IMG/VR virus record: IMGVR_UViG_3300036770_000877
Coordinates: 40,500 to 104,499 of that record
Direction: 5' to 3' (one strand)
Length of the DNA stretch: 64,000 nt
DNA from: a virus
The position numbers and the translations under genes were made by a program. The notes under the pieces are model-generated. The model did not search any database, was not told the origin of the DNA, and was given only the letters and a program-made list of their open reading frames with translations. Of this stretch, positions 46,412-55,522 are shown piece after piece (the stretch's first letter is position 1; every line of letters starts with the position of its first letter).

Positions 46412-46534
46412 ATGACAAAGCGAGAGTACCTAGTTTCCCTTGGACAAAAAGTCGGCAAGCGTGGACGTTTTTCCAAAGAGCAGGTAGAATTGATTAAGAA
46501 GGCTGAAGCACAAGGCACAGTTTTCACAAAGTAA
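46412..46534 (+). CDS. Lsr2-like DNA-binding peptide (40 aa)
   Basis: AGAAAGGAG RBS; REYLVSLGQKVGKRGRFS resembles the Lsr2 C-terminal RGR domain. Confidence 0.6.
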   Translation: MTKREYLVSLGQKVGKRGRFSKEQVELIKKAEAQGTVFTK

Positions 46535-46563
46535 ATATCCACTACTAAGAAAGGTAGGCCCCC

Positions 46564-47328
46564 ATGCCAAATTGGGTATATAACACTTTGACCATACAAG
46601 GTCCTAAAGAGGAAATTGATTCAATTAAAGAAAGATTGAATCGTCCTTTTACACTAGCGCAAGAGACATTCGGAATGGGCGATATTAGTTCATCTGGATT
46701 CCCGACTAAAATCACACAGGTAAGTTATTCTAATCCTGTATTTTCATTTCATAATATCCATTCGTATAAGGACGAAGGCATTACTGATGAAGAGTATGCC
46801 TGCCAGCCTGACCGTAGTGGTGTAGATATGAATGACCCTGACTGGTTCCGCAAGTCTGTTGAGTTTGCTAAAACTCAAAAGGATTGGTATTCATGGAACA
46901 ACTCCAACTGGGGCACCAAATGGGATGTCGCAGTTCGTGATGATGACGAATATCCAAATACTGAGTTACTTGAGTATAAGTCAGAGGGTCATGACAACTG
47001 GCTTGTATACAAGTACGAGACTGCTTGGTCACCTGCAGTAACTATCTTAACTAAACTATCTAACTTGGTTCCTAACTCTCTCCTTACACTGGAGTATGAA
47101 GAGGAACAAGGTTGGGGCGGAGAACTAGAAATTCTTCGTGGTGATGTTAAAACAATTCTAGAATATGAAACTCGTTGCTATGCATGTCAATCTTATGACT
47201 GTGTTGAGTATTGTGAGAATGACTGTGGTCAATTCTGCTCTGAATGCAATGAGGGTTCATGGCGAGATGAAGAAGCAATGGCAGAATGCGAAGAGCACAA
47301 GCCTTTACTTGAAAAGGTAGAGGTGTAA
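46564..47328 (+). CDS. YubB/DUF1281 ferredoxin-like domain protein
   Basis: MPNWVYN, WYSWNNSNWGTKWD, YETAWSP. Confidence 0.8.
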   Translation: MPNWVYNTLTIQGPKEEIDSIKERLNRPFTLAQETFGMGDISSSGFPTKITQVSYSNPVFSFHNIHSYKDEGITDEEYACQPDRSGVDMNDPDWFRKSVEFAKTQKDWYSWNNSNWGTKWDVAVRDDDEYPNTELLEYKSEGHDNWLVYKYETAWSPAVTILTKLSNLVPNSLLTLEYEEEQGWGGELEILRGDVKTILEYETRCYACQSYDCVEYCENDCGQFCSECNEGSWRDEEAMAECEEHKPLLEKVEV

Positions 47329-47981
47329 TGTTTGACCAAAGCTTTACGTCAACCAAGCACACATTTGTCTGTGACCCAGACGAATGTGACACCTTGGTGG
47401 AAATAACTACTTCAGACAAGTTTGGATTCCCTTCTGGATGGATCCATAATACATGTCCCTGCGGTAGACAAATGTCACTGATATCCAGTACAATAGAAGA
47501 AAACCCAACTATAGAAAGGCACCAACCCATGGAATCAACAACTACGGTCCCTGAGACCTATAATGCAAATCTTCTTGTAACATATAAGAAGATTGAGAAT
47601 GGCGAGACATCCTTCCCAGTCATCAAGGTAAATGACCTTGAATGGACCTTGGAGCAGGCCCGCCGCACAGATACCCGTGCAAACAATCTGCAGTCGACAA
47701 TTAATAAAATCATTGATTGTTTAACTGAAGACCACTGGTTTAATCCAAACACAGAACTATCAGACGTCCTAGAAGAACTGTGCGAAATCCTTAACCACAA
47801 CCCAGTTAAGACTGTAACGTGGGAGGCCAGCATAACGGTCCGAGGAGAAGTTGAAGTTCCTCTGGCTGAATTCGAAGACTTCGATTTAGATTCTCATATT
47901 TCTGAGAACTTAACTATTGACTCATATGACGGCAATACCACAATTGACACATATGATGTTGACTATGTAACTGAGCGATAA
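47328..47981 (+). CDS. Acidic hypothetical protein with N-terminal Zn ribbon
   Basis: CDPDEC...CPCG; internal AGAAAGG RBS before MESTT. Confidence 0.7.
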   Translation: MFDQSFTSTKHTFVCDPDECDTLVEITTSDKFGFPSGWIHNTCPCGRQMSLISSTIEENPTIERHQPMESTTTVPETYNANLLVTYKKIENGETSFPVIKVNDLEWTLEQARRTDTRANNLQSTINKIIDCLTEDHWFNPNTELSDVLEELCEILNHNPVKTVTWEASITVRGEVEVPLAEFEDFDLDSHISENLTIDSYDGNTTIDTYDVDYVTER

Positions 47982-48059
47982 CATGGGGATGAGTGGTGGG
48001 GGTCATCTTGCCGACCCCCACCCTCTTATGATACAATCAAATGCGGAAAGGTGTGGATA

Positions 48060-48356
48060 ATGGCAATAGGCGATAAAGACATAGACGAAGGTAAGTTGGC
48101 TGGCATTGTTGAAGACTACTTATCTGATGTCAGATTTAGCAAACTCAACTTCGCTTGGCACATGGGCAACAAGTCCCCACGAATACAGGAAGAGTTTTGG
48201 AATACTCTGTGGGCGTGGATAGAGGAGATGTCTGAGTATTACAGGCGAGGCATGGTAGATACCAAGCACTTCAGAGTGGCAAAAATGTGTCATGAGATTA
48301 GGGCTCACATGGAGGGCGAAACTTGGGTGGATAACCAACTCACGCTTGAGTTGTAA
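48060..48356 (+). CDS. Hypothetical protein
   Basis: GAAAGG RBS; start reassigned to ATG. Confidence 0.65.
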   Translation: MAIGDKDIDEGKLAGIVEDYLSDVRFSKLNFAWHMGNKSPRIQEEFWNTLWAWIEEMSEYYRRGMVDTKHFRVAKMCHEIRAHMEGETWVDNQLTLEL

Positions 48357-48491
48357 GCTGCCCTGGTTTTTGATATAATATATATGATCAATCTTAGTAG
48401 ATGGTGCAGCTATCAGGTGCCGACCAAGTTGTTAAATAAAGCCCGTCCTGGGGGTGTTGACGGAACAGCAGCCATCTGCTATATTTGATAT

Positions 48492-48740
48492 ATGGAACTA
48501 AATGAATATATAACCAAGGTCAAGCAGGATTTCCCTAATGGCTTCTCTGATTACGTCAAAGAGCACGGGGATAAGACAGAATGGTGGTTTCAATACTATA
48601 AGGCTAATAACCTTGTAGAGCAAGTAAATGGCTACGTGTTTGATTATTCTGAGATGGCTATGATGAGCCATTGGGAGAATGAGAAATGGTGGTCGTTTAT
48701 GGGAAATGTAGAATACGAGTTCAACAAAGAATATAACTAA
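48492..48740 (+). CDS. Hypothetical protein
   Basis: Leaderless after TTGACG-N17-TATATT. Confidence 0.65.
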   Translation: MELNEYITKVKQDFPNGFSDYVKEHGDKTEWWFQYYKANNLVEQVNGYVFDYSEMAMMSHWENEKWWSFMGNVEYEFNKEYN

Positions 48741-48754
48741 CAAAGGAGCAAGGT

Positions 48755-49111
48755 GTGGGAGCAAGATGTACGTTCGTATTTAAAACAGATGAGAATCATG
48801 CAGTGGCATTGTATAGCCATTGGGGTGAAGATTCTCTCTATGAAGATTTAGCCGCAGCATTAAATCATGCAAAGCCTAGATGGTCTGACCCATCGTATGG
48901 CACCCGTATGGCAATTAGTTATCTAATGCAGGATAGCATTTTAGATGAAACGGGATTCGGGATTTATGGATGTGACCCATCAGACCAGGGATTTATGGAT
49001 ACACCAATCACAATTGATTTTACAGATAATACTGTAGGCAATGGGGAGGATTGGCATTCCTTTGAAGAGTTTGTTAATTATCATGGGAATGTGTTAGTTA
49101 AATCCAGTTAG
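48755..49111 (+). CDS. Conserved phage hypothetical protein
   Basis: AAAGGAG RBS; LYSHWG, RWSDPSYGTR. Confidence 0.7.
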   Translation: MGARCTFVFKTDENHAVALYSHWGEDSLYEDLAAALNHAKPRWSDPSYGTRMAISYLMQDSILDETGFGIYGCDPSDQGFMDTPITIDFTDNTVGNGEDWHSFEEFVNYHGNVLVKSS

Positions 49112-49116
49112 CTTAT

Positions 49117-49136
49117 GTCCCCGCTTCGGCGGGGAC
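49117..49136 (+). terminator. GC hairpin with UUCG tetraloop ending the plus-strand island
   Basis: GTCCCCGC-TTCG-GCGGGGAC. Confidence 0.7.
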
Positions 49137-49909
49137 TAAGACTCTAAACTTAATAAAATGTCTACCATTACGACTAGATCTAAAAAATCGTGGAATATTT
49201 GAGAAATATATCTCTAAATATCTAGTTAGACATTACGACCATATGTAAAAAATCGCAGAATTATAGCAATATGACAATAGATTGTCAAGAGCTATTTTCT
49301 GCATATAGATCTATTATCCTTTCTTCTGTGGTTTATTTATTCTCTTAGTGTTATTGTTACCTTTAGATTTCCCGCCTTTAAAATCTCTGCCAAACTTATT
49401 ATTCTTCTGTGGGCCCCGCTTCGGGGCGGCGGAATCAGAAGTAACTACATTATCCTTGCTCATTAATACCTCCTATATTACGAAGCATATCATAAAATGC
49501 TAGAAATATCTACAAAAATGTACAAATATGATCATAATAATGTAAAATAGAATAAATATTGATCTATATTGTACGAAATTTAGTCAAAATAAATGCCATA
49601 TTTAGGCATAATTTATGCCATATTTTGGCATATCTATTGACAATATTTTATCCATATGGTATATGCTTATTAGCCCTGTATTTATATATGTCCATATATT
49701 GAGATTTATATATAAAAGCTATTGACATTACGAACGGATTATGATAGTCGTTCCAATACCCATATAAATAACATATAACTATCTAACACTGTTTATTCTA
49801 TTTACTATACTCCATATCTCTCCACTTTACTCCACAATACACCACTATAAAGCCTTAAAAAGGTCTATAACAAGGTGAAAATGGGAGGGGGTAGTGGAAA
49901 AGCTTGATA

Positions 49910-50116
49910 CTATCTTATAGGTCCTATAAAGGGTGTTATTGGACCTTTGTAATCATCATCTGACCATTTGCCTGTAGCAAATCCTACTCTTTGATCATTA
50001 TCCTTGTATTGTTCTATATGGGGAGAATGCTCTTCTTGAGCTTCCCGCCCTAAATTTCTATACCATACATATAATAAAAACAGGGCATATGAGCATGCAA
50101 AAAATATTTCGATCAT
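49910..50116 (-). CDS. Small membrane protein
   Basis: N-terminal TM. Confidence 0.55.
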   Translation of the reverse strand: MIEIFFACSYALFLLYVWYRNLGREAQEEHSPHIEQYKDNDQRVGFATGKWSDDDYKGPITPFIGPIR

Positions 50117-50652
50117 TGGTCTTCACTTTTCGCTTCACTCTTAGAGCCTTTAATATCCCATAACTTTTCCATATTATAATATCTAGCCATAACAAATAAT
50201 AGATCAGATAATCTATTTAGATATCTAGGGATATCACGACTAAACTTAATTTCATCATTTGTCTCATGTATTTCTATAGCAAGCCATACTGTTCTTTCGG
50301 CTCTTCTTACTATTGCCCTAGCATTATGTAATGGTCCTGTAGGTAGGATAAAAGACCTTAGTGGCTCTAGGTATTCGTTATAATCATCTATAAGGGATTC
50401 TAGCCACTCTATTCTTTCTGGGGTAATTTTGATATCTTTAGACCCCGCCAATTCTGCTCCAAGATCAAATAGGTCCTGCTGGATACTATCTATGATATCG
50501 GTTCTATCAGTCATACCTATGGCTGAGTTTGCCTCATCAACCGTACCTATAGCTTCTATCAGAGGCGTTATCTTGCTTAGCCTTTGGTTATTGGCAATTG
50601 ATGTAAATCCATCATCACCCGTCTTTGTGTATATTTTAGTTAGGTTTACCAT
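50113..50652 (-). CDS. pduO: ATP:cob(I)alamin adenosyltransferase (PduO type)
   Basis: KIYTKTGDDG, GTVDEANSAIG, QQDLFDLGAEL, RAIVRRAER, YLNRLSDLLF. Confidence 0.92.
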   Translation of the reverse strand: MVNLTKIYTKTGDDGFTSIANNQRLSKITPLIEAIGTVDEANSAIGMTDRTDIIDSIQQDLFDLGAELAGSKDIKITPERIEWLESLIDDYNEYLEPLRSFILPTGPLHNARAIVRRAERTVWLAIEIHETNDEIKFSRDIPRYLNRLSDLLFVMARYYNMEKLWDIKGSKSEAKSEDQ

Positions 50653-50753
50653 CAGTGCCCCGTAACCGATCTCCATAGATCAATGCTTATTTTATTTGCT
50701 ACATATAATGCAAATAAAGTTATACCTACTTGAAAGATTATTTCAATAGACAT
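50652..50753 (-). CDS. Single-TM peptide (33 aa)
   Basis: MSIEIIFQVGITLFALYVANKISIDLWRSVTGH, TGATG coupling to pduO. Confidence 0.5.
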   Translation of the reverse strand: MSIEIIFQVGITLFALYVANKISIDLWRSVTGH

Positions 50754-50767
50754 TCTGTTCTTAGTTT

Positions 50768-51223
50768 TTAAGGCCATCTTAATTTCCCTTCAGTTGAAAA
50801 TACTAGACCTAATGAATCCCCTTCAGAAAGGTATGTCTCATTGATACCTTTTTGAGCCCACCCCCACTCATTATTCGGAAATGGGATTACATTCTTTTTC
50901 TTTATGATGACTGCCCAATACGCCTCTGCTGGTGGCATTGATTCACAAGATTCAAATGATTCTCCTGGCAAACCATTGACCCTGCATACAACAGCATCTC
51001 CATATTTTTGGGTTCCTTCAATTTTATAATTTTCATTCTTTAAAAGCTCTAGTGCATTTACTTCCCCGCTAGCAGGAATACATTTTGTTATTTTAGATCC
51101 ATTGTCCAATGTACCATAATCAATATATAGATTAATACAACCCTTATCAGAGTTTATATGATTAATTCCACCAAGAATCAATCCAATTAGCATCAAATAT
51201 CCTATTAGTTTTTTTATGTCCAT
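50768..51223 (-). CDS. Membrane-anchored protein with transcobalamin-beta/DUF4430-like domain
   Basis: N-terminal TM; ALELL...VCRVNGLP...YWAV...WAQKGI...LSEGDSLGL. Confidence 0.6.
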   Translation of the reverse strand: MDIKKLIGYLMLIGLILGGINHINSDKGCINLYIDYGTLDNGSKITKCIPASGEVNALELLKNENYKIEGTQKYGDAVVCRVNGLPGESFESCESMPPAEAYWAVIIKKKNVIPFPNNEWGWAQKGINETYLSEGDSLGLVFSTEGKLRWP

Positions 51224-51414
51224 CGTCTCTCCTCTGGTAAATCTAATGGGGTAGGGGGAGTGATCTTACATCCACATGCATAACATTCACACTCTTTTAG
51301 CCCATACCCCGCTATTTCATAGGTTTCTGGGTCGAACATTACGACCATTTTAAAATGATCATTTCCACACATTGGGCATATTGGTGTGGGGAGTCCTTCT
51401 AGTTCGGCGTTCAC
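51214..51414 (-). CDS. Zn-ribbon protein
   Basis: CPMCG...CYACG. Confidence 0.65.
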   Translation of the reverse strand: MNAELEGLPTPICPMCGNDHFKMVVMFDPETYEIAGYGLKECECYACGCKITPPTPLDLPEERRWT

Positions 51415-51590
51415 TTTTTCGGCCCCATATTATCTAATAACTTTTTAGCAGTATCAGTATCATCTAAATCCATATTCATGGTTACACAATATACATATTC
51501 TCCACGCATACCTATAATCCATGCCACTGCTCGTAATACCTTTGACTTCCATCTAGGCATCTCAAGTATTTCGATAAAATTGTCTGACAC

Positions 51591-51977
51591 TTACTTGCCT
51601 TCTGTCCCCGAAGCTTCGTGGACAAAGCCATGCTCTCTATCGAACAATATGAAATCTAATACCTGCACATCAAAGGTCTCCTTGAATATAGACAAGACCT
51701 TATCTAGTTCTAGTTGGCCACATGTGTATAGGTCGAACTGTACCAATGCTGGATCAACCTCATCCCAGATATGGAAAGCAATATGGCTAGTTTCTATCAT
51801 TACAATAGCAGTAAGACCCTTGTTGCCGTCTTTATCTACATAGCTGGCAAATGGGCCCTTGATGATCTTCATATCAATTCTATTAACTAGATTGGTAAGA
51901 AAATCTATACCTTCTTGTTCTGTATTTATTGGGTTTCGCACCTTAGCATTTACCAATAAATGTTTGTGATATATCAC
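51591..51977 (-). CDS. speD: S-adenosylmethionine decarboxylase proenzyme
   Basis: GLTAIVMIETSHIAFHIW, FDLYTCG; GTG start after AGAAGGAG. Confidence 0.85.
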   Translation of the reverse strand: MIYHKHLLVNAKVRNPINTEQEGIDFLTNLVNRIDMKIIKGPFASYVDKDGNKGLTAIVMIETSHIAFHIWDEVDPALVQFDLYTCGQLELDKVLSIFKETFDVQVLDFILFDREHGFVHEASGTEGK

Positions 51978-52108
51978 CTTTTCTCCTTCTCGTAATCTTT
52001 GAAGCATTTACTGCATACAAAGAATATCTTTTCTCCTACCGTCACAATCTGCATTAAATTCTGTGGAAATTGTTTTAAACAGTCGTGACACCTGCCTTTT
52101 AAACCCAT

Positions 52109-52552
52109 TTAATCCCCTTCAAAATTTATGCCGTCAAACGGCAATTGGCTATCTTCATATTTCGGCTCACTCTCGACCAAATATATTACTTCATCTATAA
52201 GATTAGCTCTTAATGCAGTATTAATCATCTGGTCTGATGATCCACCTTCTCTAGGCTTAGATGAGAAATAGACTGTGTAATGAGCCTCTGGGTTTACTGC
52301 TTTTAGCAGGGCACCGTTGGCTATAGCCTTCTTTACACTGTCCGTTCTCTTGGCTCCTGGACGCTTCTTGTTGCCCTCGTAGCCACCTTTAGCCTCTATG
52401 TATCTACCATCAGCAAGGAAGTCTATCTCGACCCCAGCTCCTGGAATAAATACATTCTTCTGTATATCTGTAAGTCCTAAGTTTGTTAGTTCTTCAAAAA
52501 CTATGTCTTCGAAATCTCCGCCAGACTTTTTAGACTCTGACTGGAAATTCAT
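52109..52552 (-). CDS. PD-(D/E)xK nuclease
   Basis: GGDFE...EIDF...IEAKG. Confidence 0.7.
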   Translation of the reverse strand: MNFQSESKKSGGDFEDIVFEELTNLGLTDIQKNVFIPGAGVEIDFLADGRYIEAKGGYEGNKKRPGAKRTDSVKKAIANGALLKAVNPEAHYTVYFSSKPREGGSSDQMINTALRANLIDEVIYLVESEPKYEDSQLPFDGINFEGD

Positions 52553-52785
52553 TTCTTTTTCTTGACTTGGGCCTTCTTAGCTATTTTCTTTGGAGCATCT
52601 TCTGCTTCCAATATTTGTCTAATTAGACTGTTGGTATGGGTAGCAATAGCAACCTCTTCCTTTGTCCAAACTTCAATGACAAAATAAAAATGAATAATCT
52701 CAAATGTAAGTGCTTTTATATAGTGGCAGTAGTTAATACCAAAACCCCATGAGTCCCATTTTCCTGCAAAAAACTTAATCTTCAT
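52549..52785 (-). CDS. Hypothetical protein
   Basis: ORF track. Confidence 0.55.
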   Translation of the reverse strand: MKIKFFAGKWDSWGFGINYCHYIKALTFEIIHFYFVIEVWTKEEVAIATHTNSLIRQILEAEDAPKKIAKKAQVKKKK

Positions 52786-52984
52786 TGTTCTCCTCTATTT
52801 CTGGTCTGTTTATCCAGATCCATTTACCGTACCCAATCCCTCTGTAAGATCCTTGGTACATTCTTCCGTTCTCCATATCAATAAGCACCCATTTTTCTGG
52901 CGCTTTTGTATGGACAGTTAATTCAACAACATCGTCAAGCTCTGGAACCTCTCCACCGCTTGCTAATTTTCTACTTTTTGCCAT
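52775..52984 (-). CDS. Hypothetical protein
   Basis: ORF track. Confidence 0.6.
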   Translation of the reverse strand: MAKSRKLASGGEVPELDDVVELTVHTKAPEKWVLIDMENGRMYQGSYRGIGYGKWIWINRPEIEENNED

Positions 52985-53423
52985 ATTTCATTTGAATGTA
53001 GCATACAAACCAGCCAACAGCAAAACCTGCTAGCAACCACAATGGGTGTAGGTAAGTAACGTCCATTACTTGTGCTCCTTTAATATATGATTGTTTAATG
53101 TCATGTGTGCAAAACCTGAGCGTACCTCGATATCACGATTACACTTAGGGCATGTAACTAATCTACTGCTAGCCATATCTACCATTTCTCTAGTGGACAA
53201 CTGTTATATATATATTGTACAAGATATTCACCAGATTGTCTACACCTTCCGTCCTTTAATATAAATAAAGGACATTCTAAGCATATCTCTGTGCGCTTAT
53301 CTAGCTCATCAAATGTTATATTCATCGTCTTCTTCATCTGAGAAGTCAAAATCTACTTCTTTAAAAGCGTCCATAATAGACATTACGACGAAGTAAACTG
53401 CCCCTCCCAAGATTGCGAAGATG

Positions 53424-53612
53424 CTACCTATTTGTAGTAGTTTTTTCATTCTTCTCCCATAGCACTAGGTTACTATCATTGATCCAAGCATTCTTATACT
53501 TGTCTCTTTCATTCTTTAAATCTTTAATTATCTTGTTAGACTTCATCCACTTTTGGGCATTCCACCATACAGCTATGATTAAATAGAATATGACTACTTG
53601 TTCGATACTCAT
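53424..53612 (-). CDS. Small membrane protein
   Basis: N-terminal TM. Confidence 0.5.
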   Translation of the reverse strand: MSIEQVVIFYLIIAVWWNAQKWMKSNKIIKDLKNERDKYKNAWINDSNLVLWEKNEKTTTNR

Positions 53613-53911
53613 GGCCTACCAGCGTCTTCCCAGAACTTTTCCCGACCCATAGCATCAGTTACCTGCATTGGACTTGACTCGTATTCTTGTGTATCTGGAT
53701 AGGATGCGAGTATGTGATTACATAGCGGAACTATAGCTTTATTAGATTTGTTTAGTTCCATTAAAGCTGGAGAGACATTAAGATCTTCTGAATATTTTCG
53801 CAGAAAGTCTACAAAAAGCTTATCAAATTCTGTAGAAATTGGGTGTGCCTCTGCTGCTGCAAGCACAATGTTTGATAAACCAAAGGGTGGTGGCAAAGGA
53901 ATGTCTGACAT
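53609..53911 (-). CDS. Hypothetical protein
   Basis: ORF track. Confidence 0.55.
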   Translation of the reverse strand: MSDIPLPPPFGLSNIVLAAAEAHPISTEFDKLFVDFLRKYSEDLNVSPALMELNKSNKAIVPLCNHILASYPDTQEYESSPMQVTDAMGREKFWEDAGRP

Positions 53912-54195
53912 TAGAAAAGTTTCCTTATCTCTGGTAGTGGTAGAGCACCTACATTTCTAGTATATTCACCGTTATTATAAGAAATAAGGGTAGGGACGGA
54001 TTGAACTTCCATCTCTCTTGAGATCCCAGCATTTTCATCTACGTCGATTCTAACGTACTTTATGTCTGGCTGTTCCTGCAAAAATGTGTCAATGTTTGGC
54101 TGCATACGCTTACATGGATTACACCATTCAGCAGTAAAATGTACTAAAACCCTGTCATTTTGGGCCACTATGTCATTTAATTCATGCTTGTTCAT
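53911..54195 (-). CDS. Thioredoxin
   Basis: FTAEWCNPCK, IDVDE, VQSVPTL. Confidence 0.9.
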   Translation of the reverse strand: MNKHELNDIVAQNDRVLVHFTAEWCNPCKRMQPNIDTFLQEQPDIKYVRIDVDENAGISREMEVQSVPTLISYNNGEYTRNVGALPLPEIRKLF

Positions 54196-54370
54196 TTAAA
54201 GCCTTCTCTACTTCCTCTTTAAAAGTCTTTAAAACAAAGTCGGTAACGGATGCACAATAGGCCATCTTGGTGTCCGCTTCGACAAGATCCATATCCTTTC
54301 CGTTATATAGGGTATGGAAAAGCTTTTTGGCTACTTCTGCTGCAATAATACTTAGATCTTCGTTATCCAT
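54182..54370 (-). CDS. Hypothetical protein
   Basis: GGAG RBS. Confidence 0.55.
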   Translation of the reverse strand: MDNEDLSIIAAEVAKKLFHTLYNGKDMDLVEADTKMAYCASVTDFVLKTFKEEVEKALNEQA

Positions 54371-54526
54371 TTTTACTCCATTTGATTATGTTTTGTAGGT
54401 TTTTTATTTTTTCTTCTAGCCTAGTATCCATCTCTAATCTTTTAGATTCAGACATCTGGTTATATACGGCCAGTAATTCTTCTATTGCACCCAGCATATT
54501 TGCCAGATGCTTTGTTATATCGTCTC

Positions 54527-55063
54527 TCATTCGCTTAGGTAAAGGAATGGGGGCTCTACTCCCATTGTATATTCAGCAGACGCCTCTAGAGCTTTTGTAA
54601 GGCGTGTGCGAGGGCTCTTGATGTGCTTTGTTGAGTGTAAGCTTCCAAGAGCAAACTGGTAACCGCTTCCAATGGCAAAATACTTGTCGTAGTACTCTCC
54701 CATATTAAAGTCAGTGTCCATTACAAATAGTCGACCATGGATACCAATAATTAAATCTGATATATTGTCGTCATCTTTGTCAATAACAAAATTATTTTTG
54801 GCAAGACACTTCTGAATAGCATCAACAAAGTCAATGCACATTGTCTTTTCTAAGTTTCTTTTACTAGGAACTGGAGGATAAAAGTCATACTGTAGAAGTT
54901 GACCCATTCTAAAGCTATTTGAAAAACCAATTATGTATTCATCTACCATAAAAACTTTGGCATCTTTTCTTTTGTGAACTGATCCAATATCTGAATCGCT
55001 GGCTGCGCTGTCACAAGCCATGTGAACTTTACCGTTATGAATTACTCCTACTACACAGGTCAT
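54527..55063 (-). CDS. HslV/proteasome-beta-like Ntn peptidase
   Basis: N-terminal Thr (MTCVVG), ACDS, AIGSG..FALGSL. Confidence 0.8.
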   Translation of the reverse strand: MTCVVGVIHNGKVHMACDSAASDSDIGSVHKRKDAKVFMVDEYIIGFSNSFRMGQLLQYDFYPPVPSKRNLEKTMCIDFVDAIQKCLAKNNFVIDKDDDNISDLIIGIHGRLFVMDTDFNMGEYYDKYFAIGSGYQFALGSLHSTKHIKSPRTRLTKALEASAEYTMGVEPPFLYLSE

Positions 55064-55177
55064 ATTTTGGCCCCCTCTGCCCTCATTCTATGATACCCTA
55101 AGTTTTTCATCAGGTCAATAACCCTGTTATAATTAGATAGAAATCCATTTACAATTAAATAAGGAGACATTTTACGC

Positions 55178-55522
55178 ATGGAAAGCACTATAGTAGTTGC
55201 CATATTAGGTATTTTGGGTAGTTTTTTTACATACCTATTTACCAAGCCCCAGCAAAAAGCTGATGTTACTGGTGTAATTTCTGCGGCAGCAGAAACTTCT
55301 GTAGATACATTACTTAAAGTAATGGAAGAATTACGTGCTGGAATGGATGAAATTAGATCCACCAATGAACTCCTAAAGTGTGAGATTGATAAACTTGTTG
55401 AAGAAAACGTTCTTCTTCAGGGAGAAATTCACGAACTTAAATTGCAAAACGAAAAGCTTTTGGCAGAGAATGTCAAGCTTCGTAAAGAAATTCATAAACT
55501 TACTAACGAACTCTCTAAATAA
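55178..55522 (+). CDS. Membrane-anchored coiled-coil protein
   Basis: AAGGAG RBS, N-terminal TM, heptad repeats. Confidence 0.7.
   Translation: MESTIVVAILGILGSFFTYLFTKPQQKADVTGVISAAAETSVDTLLKVMEELRAGMDEIRSTNELLKCEIDKLVEENVLLQGEIHELKLQNEKLLAENVKLRKEIHKLTNELSK

Noticed and set aside
48326-48334. Third DnaA box
   Set aside because: One mismatch and inside a coding sequence; plausible by chance
50676-51480. Cobalamin riboswitch near pduO or nrdJ
   Set aside because: No B12-box or conserved GGGAA/T-loop pattern recognised; a cmscan would be needed to exclude it fully
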